Origin: Takakia lepidozioides
Lineage: Eukaryota > Plantae > Bryophyta
Reading direction: 5' to 3'
NCBI GenBank assembly: GCA_030704615.1
Contig: CM060731.1
Coordinates: 45,570,001 to 45,634,000, forward strand
Length of the DNA stretch: 64,000 nucleotides
The position numbers were made by a program, and so were the translations under genes. Under the pieces are notes generated by a model. The model ran no database searches, was not told where the DNA came from, and worked only from the letters and a program-made list of their open reading frames with translations. Shown piece after piece: positions 22,187-33,522 of the stretch. How positions within the stretch are numbered: the stretch's first letter is position 1; each line of letters starts with the position of its first letter.

Positions 22187-24370
22187 CAGTTAATAAAATC
22201 AGGCACCCAGACCATGACCACTGCTTCTGAAAGAGGACCAAGAGAAGGAGTCCACAATGCCTCTTTTGGCACTTCTGAGCATGTGCGGATGCTGTGTGAG
22301 GCAGGGCAACTGAAAGAGGCTCTACAGACTTTAAACCAAGGAGGCATTTCAGCAGATTCAGATACTTATGTCTGTCTCTTGCGTAAGTGCATCAAGATGA
22401 AAGGCCTGGAAGCTGGAAAGCAGGTGCATGCTCACATTATCCAAAGTGGATTCAAGCCAAACGTTTTTCTGCACAACACCCTTGTCAACATGTATGTTAA
22501 GTGCGGGAGCATCCTGGATGCTCGCCGAGTGTTCAACAGAATGCCACAACGATGTTTGATCACATGGAATATAATGATGGCAGGATTTACCAAGCATGGG
22601 TGTGGTAGGAATGCTTTGGAGACATATAAGCAAATGATGCGGGAAGGGGTGAGGCCCAACCACGTCACGTTTGTTTGCGTTTGCAAAGCGTGTGCGAGCC
22701 TGGCAACCCTGGAAAATGGCAAAGAGGTCCATGGTGACATTGTCAAAGCTGGAATTGTACCAGATGTCATTCTGAACACTGCCCTGGTGGACATGTATGC
22801 CAAATGCGGAAGCATTGAATCTGCAAAGGGAGTGTTCGACAATATGGCTGAACGAAATGTGGTGTCGTGGAATGCGATGATCGCAGGATATGCACAGCGA
22901 GGGCTCAGGATGGAGGCTTTGGAGACCTATGAGCAAATGATGCAGGAAGGGGTGAAGCCCGACCACATCACGTTTCTTTGCATCTGCAATGCATGTGCAA
23001 GCCTGGCAGCCCTGGAGAAGGGCAAAGAGGTCCATGGTGACATCATCAAAGCTGGAATTGTACCAGATGTTGTTCTGAACACTGCTCTGATGAACATGTA
23101 TGCCAAGTGTGGGAACATTGAGGATGCAAAGGGAGTTTTTGACCATATGGCTGAACGAGAGGTGGTGTCGTGGAATGCAATGATCACAGGATATGTGCAG
23201 CATGGGCGTGGGATGGAGGCTATGGAGACCTATGAGCAAATGATGCGGGAAGGGGTGAAGCCCAACCACATCACATTTGTTTGCATTTGCAATGCCTGTG
23301 CGAGCCTGGCAGCCCTGGAAAAGGGCAAAGAGGTCCATGGTGACATTGTCAAAGCTGGAATTGTACCGGGTGTCATTCTGAACAATACCCTTGTGGACAT
23401 GTATGCCAAATGTGGGAGCATCCAGGATGCAAAGGGAGTGTTTGACCACATGGCGGAACGAGATGTGGTATCCTGGAGTGCTATGATTGCAGGATATGCG
23501 CAGCATGGGTGTGGGATGGAGGCTATGGAGACCTATGAGCAAATGATGCAGGAAGGAGTGAAGCCCAATCACGTCACATTTGTTTGCGCTTGCAATGCAT
23601 GTGCGAGCCTGGCAGCCCTGGACAAGGGCAATAAGGTCCATGGTGACATCATCAAAGCTGGAATTGTACCAGATGTTGTTCTGAACACTGCTCTGGTGAA
23701 CATGTATGCCAAATGTGGGAGCATCAAGGATGCAAAGGGAGTGTTTGACCATATGGCCGAACGGGATGTGGTGTCCTGGAACGCAATGATCGCAGGATAT
23801 ACCCAGCACGGTTATGATATGGAGGCCCTTCAACTATTGGAAGAGATGCAAGTGGAAGGCTTGAAGCTGGACAGTACCACTTTTCTATGTGTTCTCTCTG
23901 CATGTAGCCATGCTGGCCTAGTGGATGAAGGAAAATACTACTTTGACTCCCTGAGTCAAGATCATGGCATCACTCCTGCAGTGGAGCACTTTGGCTCCAT
24001 GGTGGACCTTCTTGGCCGTGCAGGGCGATTGAATGAGGCAGAGGACTTCATTAACAAAATGCCAATAAAACCAAATGTTGTGGTTTGGAGGGCCTTGCTT
24101 GGTGCCTGCAGAAACCATCGCAATGTGGCGATGGCTGAACGTGTGGTTACATCTATTCTCAAGTGGGATGAACAGGATGCCACTACTTATCAAACATCTA
24201 TGCTGCAGCTGGCAGGTGGGATGATGGTGCAAAGGTGAGAAAAATGAGGAAGGTCGGAGGGGTGAGAGAGAAGCCAGGTTGCTGCATTGAGGTGGATGAC
24301 AAATATGGCATCCAAAAAATGAGGAAATCCATGCTGAACCAAGAATATTGTCTGGCAGATGAAGCAACCA
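19815..24370 (+). pseudogene. PDF-motif/PLS-PPR gene, E-domain frameshift and DYW lost; PPR-B
   Basis: ATG 19815 (MAASSRFLL). PDF half-exons end at 20286 and 20663; others span 20829-~20961, ~21094-21184, ~21426-21530 and 21719-21813. The main exon from 22058 has 17 PLS motifs. A ~10-nt deletion at ~24190 (TY[VLL]SNIY) shifts the frame, and homology stops at ~24370 before HSEK. Confidence 0.85.
20968..22205 (+). repeat. Tandem duplication (~605-630-bp unit) of an intron/PDF-N/intron/PDF-C module
   Basis: ttgggtggatctatggtggtttggagtgatttt, caggaaagtatcc, gaggcaaaaaggtgaatg and tacaagaaacctgcatgggtagatggtc each occur twice. Confidence 0.85.
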
Positions 24371-25471
24371 GCACGGCGCCGGAACCCATGTGCTGCAAAT
24401 GCCAGAGCTCAATGGAATCTGGGTTTTGAAATTTGCTGATATCTAGGAAATCTGGTCTCGCCCAAGACCAAAGGAACTTCCGAGTTCTGTAGTGGATTTC
24501 CTCACAAAACCATGGTGCAATGGTGTCTGGGACTATCTTTGGCCTGAAGCTGAGCGAAACACAGACCCTTAATGCCACCATTTTCTGAAAATCTTTGAAA
24601 TACACACACATGACAGAGCGTGATGTGCTCAATTCAAGTTGGAACCAAGCTCCAGACTCACAGTGAGTGGAGGCTTGGAAGCCACCACCTAGACAGATAA
24701 GGGGACAGCTTATTCTACCTCTCTATCAAAGGATATTTGTGGCAGTAATCTGAATGTATCTATGAGAGTCAAGGTCTCAAAGTATCATTGGTATATGACT
24801 TATTCTATTCTCTGCCTGCTTGTCTCTCAACCTTGGTGAAGGAAAGGTGGGGAGTGAACCATGTTGCAGACACACAGGCAGGTAGAAGGGCAGTGAAGAG
24901 AAGAGATCCAGTGGTATAAAAGCAGGCAATGCTGGAAATACTTTGCTTGCTGATCATAGTCTTCTAACTGAAAAAACTGTTGATCTCCTTCGTCGTAATC
25001 TTTGCTGTAGTTTTTGTGTCCTTTGGTTTCTTCCACAAAGCAGCTCCATCATACAATCTGCACAAAACAACGGCACCACAGAAACATGGGTAAAAAGGAA
25101 CGTCACCCTGACCTCACTTGTTTCTGTATTGCAAGCATGCAACTATGCAAACATGAGGATCCAAGAAGGCTGCAATTATCCTCTGCTTACAATAGCAAGC
25201 CTTGAGTTATAATGAACATTCAGGTGAAGTGTGCAGACTTTATGATTGAGAGAATGACATATACTGATTACAGATATCGTTGAAAGAGCACATGCTACCG
25301 CCTACAACTCTGCTAATTCTGCCATGTAACAAAGGTCCAAATCAGGGATGCTGAGTTCATGTACAGATGGAGAAAGTGAGCTACCGGTTGTCAAAACTAC
25401 ATCTTGTCCCATAAAGACAAGTACTTGCATCATCACAGAATTTGCCCACTTTCAGATGAAGACTTCCAAGT

Positions 25472-26884
25472 CTAGGCAACTTCACAAACACACTCAAAAC
25501 AAGGGGAAGGACCTGGAGAAGGCCCCTGAATGATTGCATCGACAGTCTCTGAGGCAGTCTCAGACTCAGTGTGTTGTCCAACACCTTGGTCCATCATCAT
25601 CTCCCTCCAAACCCGCAAGTGTACAGGCTCCCTCTCCTCTTCGTCCAGGTCATCTGCATCGCCAAACTCAAGTTCCCCATCTCCTCTGTAGCCCGCCTCA
25701 CTATCATAACCAGATTCCACACTCTGATTGTCAACAGCCAGCCAACAGTGATCACATTCCGCCCCATCATCACTCCCCTCGCAACTGTGGCACACACAAG
25801 TTGCCCATTCTGTCCCAATGGCCCCCAATTCTGGCAGTACATTGATCCCAGTGCCAACTCTACAATAAAATAGCTCCCCGCTAGAATCTGTTGGTGTGAC
25901 TGGGAAGTCAGAACACTTGATATGGCCGCCTGTGGAAGTAGGGGGATCGGAGATGTAAATGAGTGGCCCATGTGCTGTTCTATCGCTGCTCCTCCCTGAC
26001 CCTGAGTTACAGGAACCCCCAGCTCCGGATCTCTTGATCCGCTTCCTCACATGGACACCCTCCCTCCATCTCCACAACCCTCTTACAAGAGCGTGAGACA
26101 GCTGCTTCCTCCGCTTACTCCAGCCTCGGACTCTGCGACCCTGAAAAGTCGATATTTTGCAAGTTGCCATGCCTGGCCTCGCATTGGATACAAATTCACA
26201 ATAATTACTAGGTTTCCCAATTTCATAATGGGCATGCGGTGCGTAACTGACAATAGATCCTGGCAAGGACTTGCCCTCTACAACAGATTCCTTCTCAAGA
26301 TCTGCTGGATCTCCACACCGAAACCATTGCGTTCCAACTGCAAGGGGATTCAATCCATTAAACACTCTGGCTTGGCTCATAAGGCTCATACCGTTGAGTC
26401 TGTCCGAGCTGATTGACAGATTACGCATAGCTTCGCATGCAACATGTTGCACACCTTCTTTTTGGCGGATTCCTTCATCTCGAGCTTTGGAGGGTCCGTG
26501 AAAGACACGGTCACGGTTTGTAAAACTCAGCTGCAAGGCAGCCAAAGCTCCTTCGTCCACTTGCCCAGAGAGGGGTGTTGTGACCCCATAAGTAGAAGCA
26601 CCAAGCCCGGAATCTGTACTCAAAATAGGAGCAATGCGACACTCTTCTGTCCAAAGAGATTCATCCAGCGATACGTCCTTCGATGAACCAATCGCAAGAC
26701 TGCGTTCGCTACCAGCTGCTGAAAAAGGGTTCCATAGTTCGAGCTGCCTAGCACATGACTCCAGATTACGTCGGCTATAGCGAGCCCTCAAGCCTCCCCT
26801 CTCACTTTCTTCGCTTGTCTTGCTTGTACTTTCCCTTGCTGGCAGCAAATGTGGCTGCCTTGAGGCGACAGCCGAAGAGGTCAT
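25472..26884 (-). CDS. Conserved plant protein of unknown function (470 aa)
   Basis: Long ORF with motifs CSDFPVTPTDSSGELF and ESGYDSEAGYRGDGELEFGD..DEEE, which I recall from uncharacterised land-plant proteins (not verified by search); upstream pyrimidine-rich leader. Confidence 0.75.
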   Translation of the reverse strand: MTSSAVASRQPHLLPARESTSKTSEESERGGLRARYSRRNLESCARQLELWNPFSAAGSERSLAIGSSKDVSLDESLWTEECRIAPILSTDSGLGASTYGVTTPLSGQVDEGALAALQLSFTNRDRVFHGPSKARDEGIRQKEGVQHVACEAMRNLSISSDRLNGMSLMSQARVFNGLNPLAVGTQWFRCGDPADLEKESVVEGKSLPGSIVSYAPHAHYEIGKPSNYCEFVSNARPGMATCKISTFQGRRVRGWSKRRKQLSHALVRGLWRWREGVHVRKRIKRSGAGGSCNSGSGRSSDRTAHGPLIYISDPPTSTGGHIKCSDFPVTPTDSSGELFYCRVGTGINVLPELGAIGTEWATCVCHSCEGSDDGAECDHCWLAVDNQSVESGYDSEAGYRGDGELEFGDADDLDEEEREPVHLRVWREMMMDQGVGQHTESETASETVDAIIQGPSPGPSPCFECVCEVA

Positions 26885-28289
26885 AGCTGAAACTCATCAC
26901 TTGACGCAACTGCTGAATTCAATGTTCTGATCCCCACCTCCACATTTGGCAATAGCTTCATGCACACTCCAAGGACGCGTGCTTCTGCTGAATCTGTTTC
27001 ACTCTCCACAAAAACCAGAAATCAAGAAACGATCAGCAGCTGCATGTCTGATCCCATTGAACCTCACCATTTCACTTCAAAATCAAAGCTTCTTTCCACC
27101 TAGCCCAATCCTTGCGCTTTCTCACCCATCCTACACCGCATCTCCTCCCCCAGAGCGATGGGGGTGCCCAAATTACCCATCAAAACAAAAACATCTGCAC
27201 TACACTCCAATTCTTCTCCTCTCCATGCAATCAAAGACTGAGCAGTACAGCCCTGCCTCCTCTCCGCTCTCTGCATCCCCAGCGCCATCGCCTCTCTTCT
27301 CACTCTACGCAAACCAGCCTCTGTCCCCCACACATCCATGGATGAATTGCTGAACAGCTGGATGGATGATACTATAAACAGATTTCACATCAAATGATGG
27401 ATGAATGAACAGATGCTTGTAGATGAACGAAGCCCATGTCACCGGCTGTACGCATGCGCGCCATGTACCAAACTTCATGTACTCATATCATGTACCCTAC
27501 AGAGTATAGAAAAACACACTGGGGAACTGTATTATAACACACAGTAATATCGTACTATTGTATAGATGAGTCTCCTCCCCAAGTTCCTAACCATAGAGCC
27601 ATATCACAAGGGAGAGTGAAATATAAACTACCGCTATGCGATTTACCCTCAACCTGTTGTTACTTGTTACCACTAAGAGAATGTACTCATGTACTCATTG
27701 TAACCACTAAGAGAAGAGGGATCAAAGCTCTCCAGCCAACCATAGGAACACAACAATCTGTTGCTATAGGCTCATATTTCTGGCCTATTTATACTAAGGT
27801 CATGCCAGAACTTAATTAGCCGAGATAACTATAGCATACATTAAAAAAAGAGAAATTTTTTTTCTCCAATAAACTTATTAGCAGACTTATGTATATGCAT
27901 CTTTAGGTATCTCCAACTGCTATTCCGGTAATGAGACTGCTGTTATTATGATCGCAGTGATACTGAGTAGAAATAATTTGGTGAGGAGTTGTTTTCCAAC
28001 AAGACCCTCTAATATAGTTCCTACTACAAGCAATCTCAAAATAGACTTGCTTTTGGATCAATTTTCTCTGGCAAGGCTTAATTTTCCCAACTGAGGCTTT
28101 CCATGACTTCTTTGCTGCGATTTTGCAATCATCCTGAGGTTTGATCACCCGCATCCACAGCACACGGCTTCTGCAGTATTGATTTCAATCACACAATACT
28201 TGTTTCAACTTCACCTCAACTTCATTTTTGCATTTCCAACCTGGTGACATTTCAACGACCCACTCCCCCCTGTGCATACTACCAAATTC

Positions 28290-28625
28290 ACATAATCCCC
28301 GCAAGAACAGACCGCATCTTGATGCGGTGAAAGCAGCTTGCATCGTTCGTTCAACAATCTAGAGATGATGTGATTACCATGAAGTGCTGATCAGCCCAAA
28401 AGTAATGGCCAGCATTTCACTGTGGTGGCACAGATAAATATCCTTTGGCTCCTCCTCCAGACATGCAATAACCACTCTGCTTCATTGACCCAGACAGTCT
28501 CTTCAGCCCAGCATGGGTTTCCTCAATTTGTGGATGCAACTTATCTTCTGGTGTGACTCTCTTTTGACACCCGTCATCACTCCTTTTTCTCACCATTGTT
28601 TTATCGTCTCACCTGCCAGCCAGAG
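28290..28625 (-). pseudogene. Degenerate E2/DYW-domain fragment
   Basis: The reverse strand contains LCHHSEMLAITFGLIST and DASCFHRIKMRSVLAG (frameshifted [12 protein letters not shown]). Confidence 0.75.
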
Positions 28626-28946
28626 GTGATAGCAGCACAAAAGCATATACTGCCACAGTAGTCGTCTCAATAGCATCAAAATAGTTGTAGCATGATCCTT
28701 TTGAACTGGCAAAAACAGCTTGTAGCAGGCCTGCCTGGTAACTAGATTGCCGTTTGGTTATGCATGAGCATAGTTTAATATTGGGCTGAATTTCCCCACA
28801 GTGGCCTCTTGGAGGGTTGATCTGGCAGAGAGGAAGTGCCCTCAACAGTCCTTCATAGCCAATATCTCAGAAAATGGTTGATGAACCAGGCAGCTGCACG
28901 GTTCAACGAATGTAGCAAGGGAAACGCCTTTACAAAAAGTATCGTT

Positions 28947-31900
28947 TCACCAGTACTCCCCACAAGAACAAACACCATCTTCAAAATGGTGAAAGCGGTT
29001 TGCATCGCGTACAACAATTGCTCGGCCAACAATCTTTGAGATGAACTTGGTGGCGGTGTGGCAGTCACCACACACCCGAAGATTCTTGATGATGCGGAGA
29101 GGCGTCCCAAGGGCCGTGCTAATAAGCCCAAAGGCAATGGCCAGCTTCTCACTGTGGTAACAAAGAGAACATTCCTTTAGCTCCTCCTCCACATCATGCA
29201 ATACAAAGCGAGTGTCAGGCACATACCCTGCCTCCTTCATCTGCCTAGATAATCTTCTCAGCTCAGCATGGATTTCCTCAATCTTTGGATGCACTTTGTC
29301 GTCTACAACAAACGTGTGCACCCTGTTGCCAACTTCAATGCAGCAGCGACCTGGCTCCTTTTTGACCCCTTTGATCTTCATCATTTTTCTCACCTTTGCC
29401 ACATCATCCCACTTCCCAGCAGCAGCATAGATGTTTGATAGCAACACGTAAGTTGCAACATCCTGTTGATCCCACTTGAGAATAGATGTTGCTGCACGTT
29501 CTGCCATCGCCACATTGCCATGAATCCTGCAGGCACCAAGCAATGCCCCCCATGTTGAAGCAGCTGGTTTGATTGGCATCTTGTTTATTAAGTCCTCTGC
29601 CTCATCCAATTGCCCCGCACGGCCAAGAAGGTCCACCATGCAGCCAAAGTGCTCTACTGTTGGAGTGACGCCATAACCTTGACTCAGGGAATCAAAGTAG
29701 TATCTGCCTTCATCCACTAGGCCAACATGGCTACACGCAGAGAGAACACATATAAATGTGATACTGTTTAGGTTCAAGCCTTGCTTTTGCATTCCTTCCA
29801 ATAGTTGCAGGGCCTCCCTATGACAACCATGCTGGGCATATCCTGCCATCATCGCATTCCATGACACCACATCTCGTTCAGCCATGTTGACGAACACCTC
29901 CTTTGCATCCTTAATGCTCCCGCATTTGGCATACATGACCACAAGGGCAGTGTTCAGAATGAGATCCGGTACAATTGCAGCTTTGATGATGTTACCATGG
30001 ACCTCTTTGCCCTTTTCCAGGGCTGCCAAGCTTGCACACGCATTGCAAACACAAACAAATGTGACCTGGTCCGGCTTCACCCCATCCCGCATCATTTGCT
30101 CGTAGCTCTCCAAGGCCTCCATCCCAAACCCATGCTGGGCATATCCTGCGATCATCACATTCCATGACACCACATCTCGTTCCGCCATATTGTCAAATAC
30201 TGTCTTTGCATCCTTGATGCTCCCACATTTGGCATACATGTCCACAAGAGTATTGTTCAGAATCACATTTTGTCCAATTCCAGCTTTCATGATGTCAGCA
30301 TGGACCTGTTTACCATTCTCCAGGGCTGCCAGGCTGGCACATGCATTGCAAAGGCCAACGAACGTGACGTGGTTGGGCTCCAACCCTTCCTGCATCATTT
30401 GCTTGTATGTCTCCAAAGCCTCCATCCCACACCCATGCTGGGCATATCCTGCTATCATCGCACTCCAGGACACTACATCTCGTTCAGCCATATTGTCGAA
30501 CACTACCTTTGCATCCCTGATGCTCCCACATTTGGCATACATATCCACCAGGGCGGTGCCCAGAACAACATCTGGTACAATTCCAGCTTTCCTGATATTA
30601 GCATGGACCTCTTTGCCCTTTCCAAGGGCTATCAGGCTGGCACATGCATTGCAAATGCAAACAAATGTGACCTGGTTGGGTGTCATCCCTTCCTGCATCA
30701 TTTGCTCATAAGTCTCCAAAGACTCCACCCCATACCCATGCTGGGCATATCCTGCCAATATCGCATTCCATGACACCACATCTCGTTGAGCCATATTGTC
30801 AAATGCTACCTTTGCGTCCTTGATGCTCCCACATTTTGCGTACATGTCCACCAGGGCAGTGCCCAGAATGATATCTGGTACAATTCCAGCTTTCATGATG
30901 TTAGCATGGACCTCTTTGCCCTTTTCCAGGTCTGCCAGGCTCGCACATGCATTGCAAATGCAAACGAATGTGATGTGGTTGGGCTTCAGCCCTTCCCATA
31001 GCATTCTCTCGTATGTCTCCATTGCATTCTTACCACACCCATGCTTGGTAAATCCTGCTATCATTATATTCCACGTAATCAAACCTCTTTTAGGCATTTT
31101 GTTGAACACTTTGTATCCATCAACGATGCTCCCACATTTGACATACATGTTGACAAGGGTGTTGTATAGAAACACATTTGGCTTGAATCCAGTTTGGACA
31201 ATGTGTGCATGCACCTGCTTTCCCACTGCTAGGCCTTTTACCTTGATGCACTTATGCAAGAGACAGACATAAGTATCTGAATCCACTGAAATGCCTCCTT
31301 GGTATAAAATTTGCAGAGCTTCTTTCAGTTGTCCTGCCTCACATGCCCTCACATACCCAGAAGTGCCAAAAGAGATCTTGTGGACTCCTTCTATTGGTCC
31401 TCTTTCGGAATGGGTCATCATGGTAGAGGTGCCTATTTTTACCAACTGGGCTGCCACTGCTGCTTCTGAATAACCATCTAACCATGCAGGTTTCTTGTAG
31501 CTATCCATCCATAGTGGCTCATTCGCACTCTTGTGCTTGAAATCTGGCCCTCGTGGATGGATCTGGATTAACAGTCATCCCTGCCTCTTTTAGCTATCCC
31601 TGCCTCAGCAACAACAAATGCATAGATCCTCCCAGTTGATAATGACAAAAAAATTATCCAGCAAACACCCCAACCCTGCTCATGGACACATGAATTGCTG
31701 ACAAGGCCTTAAAAGTGTGTTAAGGAGAGAGGGAGGATGACAATTTGCAAGAAAGCTTTCCATACATCTTGCTGTCTGCTTCTTCTTTAAGATAACAGAC
31801 CTTCATCTTTCTTCTTCCATTGGGACTTGGGTTCCAAAAATATTCCTCCCATAGCTTCTCCTCATCTCTGCTTTTGGTCTCCAGATATTTTCCTGTTACC

Positions 31901-33522
31901 CCATTGGCACTAAGATGTGAAAAACACTAAGAGTTACCATAGATCCACCGATGAACTTACAAAACTCAACATTAAAGATTCGGAACAAATCTGAGCAAAG
32001 GACAAAACAGGGTTAAATGTCTGAAGAAGAACGTGCTCTCACCATATTGTCCTTGATTTTGTATCATGAAAGCAGCTAGCTTTTCTTTCACCCAAGGAGG
32101 ATTCAACCAACTCTCAATCCAAAGGACCTCTTGTGTGTGCTGCTTCCGTCTGTAGTCCGGTGATCTTGGATTGGTCTGGGAAAACCACCACAGTGCAGCT
32201 GAGCAGCCATAATTTTAAACACAGCCTCCTGAGACCAAGCTGAGTTTTCCAAGTAACCTGTACACACAAGGCAAAACCCTGGGGCAATGCATTTTCATGG
32301 CCTGCTTAACAACAACCTATGATACTGACAGGAAGAGCCACTTTCGCAGAACAGACAATCTTTTTAACATCATACATGAAGAAAGCTGCACCTTACCATC
32401 ACAATTGTCCCACCATCGTGAAGGATCTTCAGAGAATTCATGCGAGCGTTGTTTCATGCTCCATTGTTGACCTTTGAGCCAGAAATTCCAAGAGCATGAA
32501 CACTTCAACAGGTTCCTTCATGGAGAAATGCTAGTGTAGCTTTCAGCAAAATTGAGGGCTCTTCCGGATGTACACAATGAGGAACATACTCACAGACCTC
32601 TAATCAGACTCACTGCAAGCCATACTCACTTTTATCTTCAAGTTTTGAAGGAGCTCCACCACCAGAACTAGAACTGCACTATTATATCTGTACACCGTTA
32701 CTACACTGTTCTTGACCTTGTGACATGGCAACTAGCTATTCTTTCACCCAACAAGGATAGAACCAACCCTCAATCCACAGGATCTCTTGTGTGCACTGTT
32801 TATGTCGGTAGTCTGGAGATTTTGGATTGGTCTGTGAAAACCACCAGGGAGCAGCTCAGCAGCCACAGTTTTAACCAAACCACAACCGTCAACCCTCCCC
32901 AAATAACTTACAAATTGGAGGGAAAGGACCTGCCTGATTTCATGCCCTACGATGCTGACAATACTCACAGTAAGAGCACTTTTGAGCAGACAAACTGAGA
33001 TTCTAAATTCACTCAACAACTCGGAAATCCAAGAAAGCTCACCTTGTCCATGCTGGAGTCCCACCACTTTGAAGGATCTTTAAAGAACTCCTTCCAGCGT
33101 TGTTCCATGCTCCCGCGTTGACCTACGTGCCTGATCTACCAATTATAGGCCTTGTATGATTGTCATGTGTGCTTGCTTTGCTCCTCCGACCAGATAGATT
33201 GGTGTACTCAGCCCGGATTCCAAGCCTGGATCCTACGGTGCATACAACAGAGTGATCCCCAGATACAAAACCGCAAAAAGGTTCGTGTCATCACCTAATT
33301 CCATTGGCATCCCTGAAGGCTTAAGAGGCGAAAACCCACCACTTGCAAGCGACTCCGTCCTGGCCACATCGCCAAGGGGGATGTCGCTTTCAGCTCCACA
33401 GCGCAGCCCCTTAATATGCTGCACGCTGTGAATCTTCTCAAATGAGCGAAACCACAAGACAGGGCATTGGGTAAGAAGTCCGTATCCACTCTCAAGAGAA
33501 CGCTGGAAGAACACGCTGCCAT
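28947..33522 (-). CDS. PDF-motif/PLS-PPR-DYW protein; PPR-C (main exon 31562-28947; 5'-most exons contain lesions)
   Basis: Open spliced frame from ATG 32726 through exons 32726-32696, 32471-32392, 32175-32043, 31892-31801 and 31562-28947. It encodes two PDF-like motifs, 17 PLS motifs, PGRCC, HSEK, CGDC and terminal EYW. A further PDF unit upstream (exon ending 33043; exon 32831-32696) has TAG at 32738. Putative first ATG at 33522. Confidence 0.85.

Noticed and set aside
22358-23833. 491-aa antisense ORF, and similar shadow ORFs opposite the PPR genes
   Set aside because: A by-product of the 303-bp periodic PPR repeats on the opposite strand; no independent protein features.
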